DNA of 64,000 bases from Eledone cirrhosa (taxonomy: Eukaryota): NCBI GenBank assembly GCA_964016885.1, contig OZ024744.1, forward strand, positions 55,738,001-55,802,000, written 5' to 3'. Shown one piece after another: positions 32,484-43,320 of the stretch. A model generated the notes under the pieces. That model searched no databases. It saw nothing but the letters and a program-made list of their open reading frames with translations, and was not told the DNA's origin. How positions within the stretch are numbered: the first letter of the stretch is position 1; every line of letters starts with the position of its first letter. The translations under genes were made by a program, and so were the position numbers.

Positions 32484-32821
32484 AAGGTGGGTGAATGTAG
32501 TGAGAATAATGGTCCGAGTGAATATACGTCTGTAGTTTGGGAAATGGAAAAATTGAGAGAGGGCGTGGTCTTTTGTGTGGTTTTCGCCACGAGTAACCCT
32601 CGGAGGTTTCCCCCCTATTGGGGAATTTTTCATTGTTTCAATTTTCATTTTTATTGTTTATTTATATATATCTTTCTGTGTCTTTTTCTTTTACTTTTCT
32701 TTTATAAATAATAAAAATCTTTACACCCACATCGTACCGTCCTGTGCCGTCCTGTGCCATCTGTATTGTTTTCCTTGATGTCAGCCCTTGTGGCCAATAA
32801 AGAAATCATTATTATTATTAT
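32484..32821 (+). mobile_element. Tx1/L1-clade LINE 3' fragment with AATAAA and (ATT)n tail
   Basis: Near-identical to 42907-43270. Confidence 0.85.
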
Positions 32822-34683
32822 TCCGAAGGACTGGCCTAGCATCATCATCATTAACTGCTTCAAGGGTAAAGGAGATGCCCTAGATAGGGGAAACTATAGA
32901 GGCATTAAATTAATTGACCAGGTCATCAAGGTCACAGAAAAAGTAATAGCGCAACTAATCAGAGAATGAATTGATCTAGATGAAATGCAGTTCGGGTTTG
33001 TGTCAGGTAAAAGTACCACAGACGCTCTTTTCATTGTACGACAACTACAGGAGAAGTACCTAGCTAAAAGTAAACCCCTATACTTAGCTTTTGTTGACTT
33101 GGAGAAAGCCTTTGACAGAGTCCCCCGCTCCATTATCTGGTGGGCTCTTAGAAAACTAGGTGTTGATGAATGGCTTGTGAGAGCTATACAAGCCATGTAT
33201 AAAGAAACAGTTAACAACGAATATAGTGAAGAGTTTAGCGTAAAAGTTGGTGTTCATCAGGGCTCTGTTCTTAGTCCCCAACTATTTATTATTGCCCTTC
33301 AGGCTATAACAGAGGAGTTCAAGACCGGCTGCCCATGAGAACTCCTATATGGAGATGATCTAACGCTCATAGCTGAACTAGAGAAGAAATTCCAAACATG
33401 GAAGCATGGCCTAGAATCAAAAGGCCTTAAAGTTAACTTGTCTAAGACTAAAGTTCTAGTTTGTAGGAAGGAAAACAGGGCACCAGTCCCATCTGGGAAA
33501 TGGCCATGCTCAGTGTGTAGGAAAGGAGTAGGCAGAAACTCCATTTTATGTCCCAAATGCAAAGTATGGGTGCATAAAAGATGTAGTGAGATCACAGGTA
33601 AGCTAACTAAGAATATAGATTTTATATGTGGCCGGTGCTCTGGTGCAATAAGTAGCAGCAAGTGCCCACAAAATACTAGCTCATTCCATTGCACAGATGG
33701 TTCTATAGAAATAGTGGACACCTTCCGTTACCTGGGTGACAAAATCAGCAGTGGTGGAGGGTGCTCTAAAAGTACAGTAGCTAGAGTCAGAACGGGATGA
33801 AAAAAGTTCAGAGAGCTTATACCACTATTGGCCGCTAAAGGGTTCTCTCTAAAAATGAAGGGCAGGCTGTATGATGCCTGCATACGAACAGCAATGTTAC
33901 ATGGCAGTGAGACCTGGGCATTGTGTGCAGAGGATATACGCAGACTGGAGAGGAACGAAGCTTGCATGCTCTGCTGGATGTGTAATAGTAATATACGTGA
34001 ACGGCAAAGCATAAACGAACTAAGGGAGAAATTAGGAATAAGAGGGATCAGATGTTGTTTACTCGAGAGAAGACTACGTTGGTACGGTCACGTGATGCAC
34101 ATGAAAGACGACAGCTGTATAAAAAAGTGCAGGGCTGTATAAAAATAGACGGTAGCCACGGAGTAGGCAGACGCAGAAAAACCTGGGACGACTTGATAAA
34201 TTCTGACCTCACACACTTACACCTCTCCAAGACAATGTCACTGGACCGAGATCTTTGGCGCTACACAGTAATACAGAAGACTCGCCTTGCCTAAGTACAA
34301 AGCGAAACCTACAGTCAGTAGGCACCTCTAACAAAAATACACCCCTGTCCCACTACCCCCACCCCATCCACACCACCCCCTTAAATCTGAAGTTATGTTG
34401 GTACCACTACATCCAGTCCAAAACAAATGAGGTCGTGTAGGTGTCACGACAAAAAAAACACACAGTTCACGCTGTAATGTGGCCGTGTAGGTAACATGGC
34501 AAAAACCTCCCAGTCCACACTGTAAATGTGGTTGGTGTTAGGAAGAGCATCCAGCCGTAGAAAACCCGCCAGACAGTCCTATACGAGCAGGACAACCAAT
34601 CTTGCCTCAAGTGGGAAATTTCCCGTCCAAACCCATGCAAGCGTGGAAGATGGGCGTTAAACGATGATGATGATGATGATGAT
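32822..34683 (+). mobile_element. RTE-clade LINE (family RTE-1), 5'-truncated, RT with PHD insert, frameshifted
   Basis: KGKGD.L.R.NYRGIKL, QFGF, FVDLEKAFDRVP, GVHQGSVLSP, YGDD, C4HC3 finger, FRYLGD, RRLRWYGHV; (GAT)n tail. Confidence 0.92.
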
Positions 34684-34761
34684 TACGGGGTCGATAAAAT
34701 AAAGTACCAGTAATGCACTGGGTAATTGCTGGCCTTATGCCAAAAGCAGAAACAATTATTA
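34684..34761 (+). mobile_element. 3' fragment of tRNA-derived SINE-A
   Basis: tacggggtcgataaaataaagtaccag...gaaacaattatt. Confidence 0.8.
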
Positions 34762-35035
34762 CAGTGAGGACTGGGAGGTTTTTGCCATGTTACCTACACG
34801 TCCACATTACAGCGTGGACTGTGTTTTTTTGTCGTGACACCTACACATCTGGCGGGTTTTCTACGGCTGGGTGCCCTTCCTAACACCAACCACATTTACA
34901 GTGTGGACTGGGAGGTTTTTACCATGTTACCTACACAGCCACATTACAGCGTGGACTGTGTGTTTTTTTTGTCGTGACACGTACACGACCTCATTTGTTT
35001 CGGACTGGATGTAGTGGTACCAACATAACTTCACA
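34762..35035 (-). mobile_element. Two inverted pieces of the RTE-1 3' UTR
   Basis: Reverse complements of about 34435-34525 and 34390-34572. Confidence 0.75.
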
Positions 35036-35040
35036 TTTAA

Positions 35041-35236
35041 GGTGGTGGATTGGCAGTATCGGTAGAGGGTCGGACGCCATGCTTTCCAGCATAGTTACGT
35101 CCCTTTACGATCTGAGTTCAAATCCCGCCGAGGTTGACTTTGCCTTTCATCCTTACGGGGTCGATAAAATAAAGTACCAGTAATGCACTGGGTAATTGCT
35201 GGCCTTGTGCCTAAAGTAGAAACAATTATTATTATT
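35041..35236 (+). mobile_element. tRNA-derived SINE-A, full length, (ATT)n tail
   Basis: Pol III A box TGGCAGTATCGG, B box GAGTTCAAATCC, body gactttgcctttcatccttacggggtcgataaa; several near-identical copies in the window. Confidence 0.88.
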
Positions 35237-36136
35237 GTTCTTTGAGTCTCAGTCATTGATGTTATTTAACTGGAATGTTTGTTGAAATGTATATCAAGCC
35301 GCTACCTGAAGCCTCAGATATTCAGGACGTATCGGAGGGTTCTTGCTGTTCCCAGCCAGCATGTCTTTTGAAGTGTTCCAAAAAGCGGGGCTGGACTAAT
35401 CTTCTTTAACCATCCTTGGAAACTCTTTGAGATAGTACCTAGTGCGCCTATGACAATCGGGACCACTTTGACTTCATGGCAGTTCCAAATCCTTTTTACC
35501 TACCACTTTAAGTCCTGGTATCGGTTAATTTTCTCCCTCTCCTTTTCTTGCACTCTCGTGTCGAATGGGTAGGCTACATCTACAATCAGGCACAATCTTT
35601 TTTTCCTTGTCCAAAACCACCAGGTCAGGCCTATTGTGTTCTAATTTCTTTTCCGTCTGTATCCTAAAATCCCATAGCACCTTCACCTGATCGTTTTCTA
35701 TCACCGACTCTGGCTTATGCTCATACCACTTCTCAGAATGTGGTAAATTGTTTACTTTGCATAGGTGCCAGTGGGTCACCCTGCCCATCACATCATGTCT
35801 CCAGCCTTTATAGTGAGTCTGGGCTAGGTGTTTACACTCGGATACAATGTGAGCCACAGTCTCCTCTCTCTCTCCACAGATCCTACACAGTAGGCTAGCC
35901 TCCTCCTTGTAAATATGGTGTTTCACCCACTTCGTTCTGAGGGCTTGCTCTTGCGCAGCCATTAACATTCCTTCTGTAGCTTTTTTAAGGTCCCCTCTTT
36001 TTAACCAGTTCCATGTCTGTAGATCTCTAAATTCAGTTTTCTTAAAGAAGGTACTATGAAGGGATTTTTCATGAAGGTTGCTCTTCCTCCTTGTTGTTAT
36101 TTCCTCCTTGGACATCCCCTGGTCTATTGTCTTCTC
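35237..36136 (-). mobile_element. R4/Dong-like RLE LINE family A, 3' fragment (A1)
   Basis: ORF 35525..36229 has CRIC...ETVAHIVSEC zinc knuckle and RPDLVVLD endonuclease; frameshifted end VVPIVIGALG...VLNI; flanked by (ATT)n. Confidence 0.88.
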
Positions 36137-36153
36137 ATTATTATTATTATTAT

Positions 36154-37785
36154 TACAGTTGCATTTATCTTGCTTTATGTTCATACGAGTTATCACCAAG
36201 TCACAACCAGTGACCTCAAGAGACAACAAGGTCCGCCATGTTCAAGAAAGAACATACATATTCACACATGCATCTTTAGTGTTTAGACTTGTGATGTACT
36301 TATATTGACAGAATCTTCCTTAGTATATGGGCAGTTCCCATTAGTACTATCTTTTGTATTTCTCCTATACGCGGGTTTCCTGGGATTTGCAATAAGTAAT
36401 CATTAGCCCCCTTAGGTATCATTCCTAGAGCGCCTACAACCACTGGTATTGTTTTAGTTCTCAATTTCCACATTTTTCCAATTTCTATCTCCAGGTCCTT
36501 ATACTTGCTCAATTTTTCAAATGTTTTTATAGATACATTCTTGTCTATTGGAACAGACATATCAATTAGCAGGCATACCCTCTTTTGAAAGTCTATCAAT
36601 ATTATATCAGGTCTGTTTGCATCTATTTTTCGGCCTGTTTGGATGCTAAAGTTCCACAAGATTGAGATGTGATCTTTTTCAAGTATGGGAGGTGGTTGAT
36701 GCTCCCACCAATTCTTTTGATGGGGCAGGTCAAAATGCTTACACATTATCCAATGTATGTATTGTGCAGCTCTGTCATGCCTGTTTAGGTATTCGGTTGG
36801 AGCTATAGGACTGCACATTGAAATTATATGGTCAATGGTCTCTGGTTGTTTTTTGCATACACGGCATAATGGGTTGCACCCATTTTTTATTATGTTGGCT
36901 TGGTAATTTTTTGTTGGCAGACACTGATCTTGTGCCGATATAATCAGTCCTTCAGTCTCCGATTTCAGTCCAGAGGATGCCAACCACTGATGGGTTAAAG
37001 TTTTGTCAACATCAGGATTGTTAGCTCGCTCTGGGTATTTTCCATACAGAGGCTTTTCTTGCCATTTCTTAGCCAGTTTCTGTAGCAGTTCTTTCTTTGC
37101 AGTTACTTTTACCTGCTTTGCTTTTTCTGTGTTTTCCATTTCAGCAGTAAATGGGACTTCTGAAATTTGTAGTCCATTACTGTATCTTTGTGCATCTTTT
37201 GTAATGGAATATGATCTTTTGATGCTTTCGTGTTTCAAAACAAGTTTGATCATCCAATCATGTGATTTCCTTAGATATGTAGATAATCCAATTGTTGCAG
37301 TTTTCAACGCAATGTCTAACTGGATTAACCCACGTCCTCCTTCTTTCCTAGGGAGATATATTCTATCTATATCTGCCTTAGGGTGATGCATTCTGTGCAT
37401 GGTTAAGAATTTTCGAATTTTTGTATCGAGCCTACGGATCTCTGTGCTTGACCAGTTGATGACATTGTAACTGTAGGTTACTACTGGTATGGCAAGCGTG
37501 TTTATGGCATCGATCCTATTCCTTGCATTTAATTCCGTTCTTAAGATTGCTCTTACTCTGCGGTAACATTTCTTCCTTATCCTTTCCCTCATTGTCGAGT
37601 GCTTGATTCTGTCTCCTTCACAAACACCTAGATATTTGTAAGTTTTTTCTTGATCAAGTTCTCTTATCACGTTCCCCCGATCAAGATTAATGTCTGAACT
37701 CTTCAGCAGCTTTCCTCTGGTGAACGTTGCTTTGGCGCATTTATCTAGTCCAAACTCCATTTTAATGGAGTTTGGACTAGATAAA

Positions 37786-37786
<1 letters not shown>
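36154..37786 (-). mobile_element. R4/Dong-like RLE LINE family B, 5'-truncated (B1), with fold-back at the 5' junction
   Basis: ORF 36300..37760 has YKYLG, CCHC knuckle and PD-(D/E)xK nuclease; (ATT)n on both sides. Confidence 0.92.
36300..37760 (-). CDS. Truncated R4/Dong-type ORF: RT C-terminus, CCHC zinc knuckle, restriction-like endonuclease
   Basis: FGLDKCA, YKYLG, RKEGGRGL, CRVC..ETIDHIISMC, RPDIILID..IDMSVP..EKLSKY. Confidence 0.8.
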   Translation of the reverse strand: MEFGLDKCAKATFTRGKLLKSSDINLDRGNVIRELDQEKTYKYLGVCEGDRIKHSTMRERIRKKCYRRVRAILRTELNARNRIDAINTLAIPVVTYSYNVINWSSTEIRRLDTKIRKFLTMHRMHHPKADIDRIYLPRKEGGRGLIQLDIALKTATIGLSTYLRKSHDWMIKLVLKHESIKRSYSITKDAQRYSNGLQISEVPFTAEMENTEKAKQVKVTAKKELLQKLAKKWQEKPLYGKYPERANNPDVDKTLTHQWLASSGLKSETEGLIISAQDQCLPTKNYQANIIKNGCNPLCRVCKKQPETIDHIISMCSPIAPTEYLNRHDRAAQYIHWIMCKHFDLPHQKNWWEHQPPPILEKDHISILWNFSIQTGRKIDANRPDIILIDFQKRVCLLIDMSVPIDKNVSIKTFEKLSKYKDLEIEIGKMWKLRTKTIPVVVGALGMIPKGANDYLLQIPGNPRIGEIQKIVLMGTAHILRKILSI

Positions 37787-37821
<35 letters not shown>

Positions 37822-37822
<1 letters not shown>

Positions 37823-39942
37823 TGCATTTATCTTGCTTTATGTTTATACGAGTTATCACCAAGTCACAACCAGTGACCTCAAGAGACAACAAGGTCCGCC
37901 ATGTTCAAGAAAGAACATACATATTCACACATGCATCCTTAGTGTTTAGACTTGTGATGTACTTATATTGACAGGATCTTCCTTAGTATATGGGCAGTTC
38001 CCATTAGTACTATCTTTTGTATTTCTCCTATACGCGGGTTTCCTGGGATTTGCGATAAGTAGTTGTTAGACCCCTTAGGTATCATTCCCAGAGCGCCTAC
38101 AACCACTGGTATTGTTTTAGTTCTCAATTTCCACATTTTTCCAATTTCTATCTCCAGGTCCTTATACTTGCTCAATTTTTCAAATGTTTTTATAGATACA
38201 TTCTTGTCTATTGGAACAGACATATCAATTAGCAGGCATACCCTCTTTTGAAAGTCTTTCAATATTATATCAGGTCTGTTTGCATCTATTTTTCGGTCTG
38301 TTTGGATGCTAAAGTTCCACAAGATTGAGATGTGATCTTTTTCAAGTATGGGAGGTGGTTGATGCTCCCACCAATTCTTTTGATGGGGCAGGTCAAAATG
38401 CTTACACATTATCCAATGTATGTATTGTGCAGCTCTGTCATGCCTGTTTAGGTATTCGGTTGGAGCTATAGGACTGCACATTGAAATTATATGGTCAATG
38501 GTCTCTGGTTGTTTTTTGCATACACGGCATAATGGGCTGCACCCATTTTTTATTATGTTGGCTTGGTAATTTTTTGTTGGCAGACACTGATCTTGTGCCG
38601 ATATAATCATTGCTTCAGTCTCCGATTTCAGTCCAGAGGATGCCAACCACTGATGGGTTAAAGTTTTGTCAACATCAGGATTGTTAGCTCGCTCTGGGTA
38701 TTTTCCATACAGAGGCTTTTCTTGCCATTTCTTAGCCAGTTTCTGTAGCAGTTCTTTCTTTGCAGTTACTTTTACCTGCTTTGCTTTTTCTGTGTTTTCC
38801 ATTTCAGCAGTAAATAGGACTTCTGAAATTTGTAGTCCATTACTGTATCTTTGTGCATCTTTTGTAATGGAATATGATCTTTTGGTGATTTCGTGTTTCA
38901 AAACGAGTTTGATCATCCAATCATGTGATTCCCTTAGATATGTGGATAATCCAATTGTTGCAGTTTTCAACGCAATGTCTAACTGGATTAACCCACGTCC
39001 TCCTTCTTTCCTAGGGAGATATATTCTATCTATGTCTGCCTTAGGGTGATGCATTCTGTGCATGGTTAAGAATTTTCTAATTTTTGTATCGAGCCTACGG
39101 ATCTCTGTGCTTGACCAGTTGATGACATTGTAACTGTAGGTTACTACTGGTATGGCAAGCGTGTTTATGGCATCGATCCTATTCCTTGCATTCAATTCCA
39201 TTCTTAAGATTGCTCTGACTCTGCGGTAACATTCCTTCCTTATCCTTTCCCTCATTGTCGAGTGCTTGATTCCGTCTCCTTCACAAACACCTAGATATTT
39301 GTAAGTTTGTTCTTGATCAAGCTCTCTTATCACGTTCCCCCGATCAAGATTAATGTCTGAACTCTTCAGCAGCTTTCCTCTGGTGAACGTTGCTTTGGCG
39401 CATTTATCCAGTCCAAACTCCATTTTAATGTCATCACTGAACTGCTTCACAGTGGATAATAGCCCTTGCAATTGTTCATCATTTTTTGCAAATAGTTTCA
39501 GGTCATCCATGTAGAACAGGTGATTAATGGTTTTGTCATAGACTCCATATCCATGTTTTGTTTCATTGAGCATTTTACTTAATGGTATAAGTGCGATGCA
39601 GAATAAAAGCGGTGATAAAGAGTCACCCTGAAAAATTCCACAATTAATGTTAACTTCTCCAGCTTCCAGTGATTTTGTTTCACTATTCAAAAGGAGTGTT
39701 GTTCTTCATGTCCTCATACTGAATGACAAAAACCTCCTGACAACGGGGGATATTTTGAAAATCTCTAAACATTTTTCAATCCAACTGTGTGGCAAACTAT
39801 CAAATGCTTTTTTATAATCTATCCAAGCAATCGATAGATTTTTGTGTCTATTATGACAATCTTCCAGTATCATTTTGTTAACCAGAAGCTGATCCTTACA
39901 GCCATATGAGCCTCGTTTACACTTTTTCTGCTCAATGGGAAT
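37822..39942 (-). mobile_element. R4/Dong-like RLE LINE family B (B2)
   Basis: ORFs 39706..40005 ([10 protein letters not shown]) and 37963..39690 (GIFQGDSLSP, YMDD) separated by one in-frame stop; nearly identical to B1. Confidence 0.93.
37963..39690 (-). CDS. Reverse transcriptase plus restriction-like endonuclease (R4/Dong clade), partial
   Basis: QGDSLSP, HLFYMDDLKL, YKYLG, CCHC, RPD..D..EK. Confidence 0.85.
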   Translation of the reverse strand: MNSETKSLEAGEVNINCGIFQGDSLSPLLFCIALIPLSKMLNETKHGYGVYDKTINHLFYMDDLKLFAKNDEQLQGLLSTVKQFSDDIKMEFGLDKCAKATFTRGKLLKSSDINLDRGNVIRELDQEQTYKYLGVCEGDGIKHSTMRERIRKECYRRVRAILRMELNARNRIDAINTLAIPVVTYSYNVINWSSTEIRRLDTKIRKFLTMHRMHHPKADIDRIYLPRKEGGRGLIQLDIALKTATIGLSTYLRESHDWMIKLVLKHEITKRSYSITKDAQRYSNGLQISEVLFTAEMENTEKAKQVKVTAKKELLQKLAKKWQEKPLYGKYPERANNPDVDKTLTHQWLASSGLKSETEAMIISAQDQCLPTKNYQANIIKNGCSPLCRVCKKQPETIDHIISMCSPIAPTEYLNRHDRAAQYIHWIMCKHFDLPHQKNWWEHQPPPILEKDHISILWNFSIQTDRKIDANRPDIILKDFQKRVCLLIDMSVPIDKNVSIKTFEKLSKYKDLEIEIGKMWKLRTKTIPVVVGALGMIPKGSNNYLSQIPGNPRIGEIQKIVLMGTAHILRKILSI

Positions 39943-39969
39943 TATTATTATTATTATTATTATTATTGT

Positions 39970-42900
39970 TGTTAGTGGGCGACTGGAACGGTATCTTGGA
40001 TGCACGCTAGGATTGTGTGGGGCTAGTGGATAGGGGAGGAGGGTGCAAGAGCCTCACCAACCTGCTCAGATGTTTTGAACTGTCTGACAGGTATCGACTG
40101 GATCACCCGAATATGCCAATGTGGACATGGACAAACCGCATCGGGTCATCCAAATCGTATCTTGATAGGGTATTCTGCAGGGAACTAGATAAGGCTAGTA
40201 TAAATTGTTCACAATTTAAAATAGTCGACTACACAGACCACAAATTTGTGATCTGTGAGATCGACATAGACAGACTTCATAGACAAGGACCCGGTTACTG
40301 GAAGCTGAACGCGTCTTTCCTGGCGCGCAAAGCCTACAGAGACCGGATTAACGTATTAGTTAAGCGGGCGTTGACGGGAGCGGTCGTCAACAACAGGTGG
40401 TGGTTCACCCTGAATAGGGCAATTAAAGTAGAGTCGATTAGGTTTAGCAAAGCAGTAGTGATAGAGGAAAATAGAGTAGAGGGACAGCTAGTCAGAAAGC
40501 TAGAAGAGGCGTTTAGGACAGGCATCGCAACCGACGTGCTTGCGGCTAGATTGGCACTCAATCAATTCTTCAACGCAAAACACAAAGGCTGCATTGTCAG
40601 AGCTAGAGCGCGTGCTCTGAAACACGAGGAGACAAAAGCCGTCCAATGGGCCCGGGTGGCAGAGGCGCAACGTGGAAACAAAGCCACAATTCGGTCTTTA
40701 TCTGACCAAAACGGGTGCGTGATGCTCGAACCCGAGCGGATGTGTGAAGCTTTTCAGCAGCACTTTGCTGAACTGTTCGGGAGCGGCGGTGGCCCGGATC
40801 ATGGCATGGACTTCATTGCATACCTCGACGGACTGCCTCGGCTCTCGACGACCGCAGCACAGTGTTGCGAAAAGCCAAAAACAGCCGGTGAAATACGGGA
40901 AGCGATGGCTAACTGCACAAGAGGTAAATCGCCAGGTTTAGATGGTCTGCCCTACGAGCTTTATGCATTTATGCCAGACTTGTTCGGTGACCTCTTGGCA
41001 GACGTCTACTGCAACTGGCAGCAGAACGGGGGCATTCCAAGTTTTGAGAGCCGGGGAGCAGTGGCGCTGCTGAGAAAAGACCCGAACAAGGAGGATGTTA
41101 TCGATAATTTCAGGCCCATAACCCTGCTAAATGCAGAGTTCAAGATTTTGGCCAAGGTGTTAGCAACGAGGTTGGCGCTTGTCATCAAGGGTCTGGTGGG
41201 AGAGGCGCAGACATGCGCCATTCAGGACAGATCCATACATGACAACCTCCACCTCATGCGATATCTCATAGAGAGGGTGGTTAAGGAACCTGGCAAGGGT
41301 GGGGCCCTGATCAACTTGGATCAATCCAAAGCATTCGATAGGGTCGACCATCGGTACCTGGCGGTGGTCCTCGAGGCAGCCGGTTTCGGGCCCGTTTTCA
41401 GGGGTTGGATCGCAGCAATGTACAGCGACATCTGCTCAGTTGTGAGGGTGAACGGTTACCTGTTGCAGCCATTCAGCATCATGCGCTCAGTCGGCCAGGG
41501 TTGTCCCCTCTTGTCCCTCTTGTACGTATTGGCTCTTGAGCCGTTACTGCACAAACTGGGGGTGATGAGGGCGTCCCACGCGAACTAGGATGCGGGAAAT
41601 CTGAGTCGGCTAATGCCGACGACGTCACCGTGCTGGTGTCGAGCACCAAACACGTCCAGATGCTCGACACCGCTCTCAAGGAATACGAAGCGGTGACAGG
41701 AGCAAAGATAAATCAGGAAAAGTCGGTGGGCTTGTAGCTTGGCACCTAGAGAGGCAAGTCCATGCCGTCTGACAGCATTGTGGGGCATTGGACGGACAGA
41801 CCGGTTAAATTGCTCGGGGTCTGGTTCGGACCGGACCTTCAGATGGAGAAAAACTGGAATGAGGTGACGAGCAGGGTGGCTTCCATCACCCAGAAATGGT
41901 CCGAGAGGAAGCTGTCCCAGAAAGGCCGGGTGGAAGTGGCGAATGCGTACATCGCATCCGTCATCTGCTACCGCCTCACCATCGTCCCTTGCTCCAGCCC
42001 AACTCTCACCAAAATGGAGCGCCTACTCTTCCGCTTTTTGTGGAAGGGACGCGCTCCTATGGTCAGACGATCCATCTGCTGTCAACACCCGTTGCGTGGG
42101 GGACTGGGCATGCCATGGCTGATGATGCGCAAACATGCGCTGAGGCTGCGACATCTCTGGTGCTTCCTTGATGGTGAACGGGTGCGGTCGCCGGTCACCA
42201 GGCACGTTTTCCCACAGCTCGTCTCCTTGACGGAGCTGCAGTCCTGGGTCAGGAAAAGACCGAGGGATAGCGCTTGGAAACTGGAATGTCTCCAGGCGCT
42301 CACTGCCCTCTGCCAGCTGGGCACCAGTATCGGTGGAACATCCATGACAGCGTTCTATAGAGGACTAGTGGAGGGGAAGAGCGACAACGTTCTCGGAGAG
42401 ATCCTGAAGAAGATCAGCTGTTTGCTCTCTTCCAGAGAACTTTCAGCCAGGGCCTATGGATAACTTCCAAAAATCCCTGGCCTGGCGGTGCTACCAGGGA
42501 GCACTGCCGGTTCGAGATAAGCTCTACAGGCACGGAAGTGTTGTTAGCCGAGCCTGTCCGAGATGCGCGCAGACGACGAAACCATCATGCACGCACTCGT
42601 TCAGTGCCAGAGCATTGCTGACTTGTGGAGCTATGTCGAACAGTTGCTGTCGCGTGTAGGACTGATCGGGTTGTCGACTGAGTCCATTGTGCAGATGGTC
42701 TCGCCGTCTTCCTTCGAGGAGGAAGTGCAGGCGGTTTTCATCTGCTTGGTGGCCATGGCGAAAGAGATTGTGTGGTGGACAAGGTTAAAAGGGTTAAAGA
42801 CAGACACTTTCCTCTTCGGCGAATCCCTAATTAACTTTTTCAAGTTTCACTTGAAGAGGAAAATCAGGGTGGAGAGGCAAGTGCTGCCTTCTAGCAAGTT

Positions 42901-43270
42901 TGTTGAAAGGTGGGTGAATGTAGCGAGAATGGTCCACGTGAATATACGTCTGTAGTTTGAGAGATGGAAAAATTGAGAGAGGGCGCTTGCCCTGGTGGTC
43001 AGGGTTGCCGTGGTCTTTTGTGTGGTTTTCGCCACGAGTAACCCTCGGAGGTTCCCCCCCCCCCCCCTATTGGGGAATTTTCCATTGTTTCAATTTTCAT
43101 TTTTATTTTTTATATATATATATGTTTCTATGTCCTTTTTTTCTTTTCTTATATAAATAATAAAAATATTTACTCGCACAAAACCTACATCGTACCGTCC
43201 TGTGCTGTCTGTAATGTTTTTCTTGATGTCAGCCCTTGTGGCTAATAAAGAAATCATTATTATTATTATT
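39970..43270 (+). mobile_element. Tx1/L1-clade LINE, 5'-truncated ORF2 (APE C-terminus, RT, CCHC), frameshifted
   Basis: [75 protein letters not shown]; AATAAA then (ATT)n tail; GC-richer than flanks. Confidence 0.93.
40017..41588 (+). CDS. Tx1/L1 ORF2 fragment (AP endonuclease end and RT N-terminal half)
   Basis: 523-aa ORF with L1/Tx1 hallmark motifs; frameshift just before the catalytic ADD. Confidence 0.82.
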   Translation: MGLVDRGGGCKSLTNLLRCFELSDRYRLDHPNMPMWTWTNRIGSSKSYLDRVFCRELDKASINCSQFKIVDYTDHKFVICEIDIDRLHRQGPGYWKLNASFLARKAYRDRINVLVKRALTGAVVNNRWWFTLNRAIKVESIRFSKAVVIEENRVEGQLVRKLEEAFRTGIATDVLAARLALNQFFNAKHKGCIVRARARALKHEETKAVQWARVAEAQRGNKATIRSLSDQNGCVMLEPERMCEAFQQHFAELFGSGGGPDHGMDFIAYLDGLPRLSTTAAQCCEKPKTAGEIREAMANCTRGKSPGLDGLPYELYAFMPDLFGDLLADVYCNWQQNGGIPSFESRGAVALLRKDPNKEDVIDNFRPITLLNAEFKILAKVLATRLALVIKGLVGEAQTCAIQDRSIHDNLHLMRYLIERVVKEPGKGGALINLDQSKAFDRVDHRYLAVVLEAAGFGPVFRGWIAAMYSDICSVVRVNGYLLQPFSIMRSVGQGCPLLSLLYVLALEPLLHKLGVMRASHAN

Positions 43271-43320
43271 GTTCTTTGAGTCTCAGTCATTGATGTTATT
43301 TAACTGGAAAGTTTGTTGAA

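Noticed and set aside
35041-35130. tRNA gene
   Set aside because: A and B boxes are present, but no convincing cloverleaf was found, and it continues into a repeated body and tail, so it is a SINE head (same for 60060-60133).
36154-39942. Assembly duplication of B1/B2, or an intact autonomous element
   Set aside because: The copies differ by scattered substitutions and have different 5' truncation points, and none has a complete ORF.
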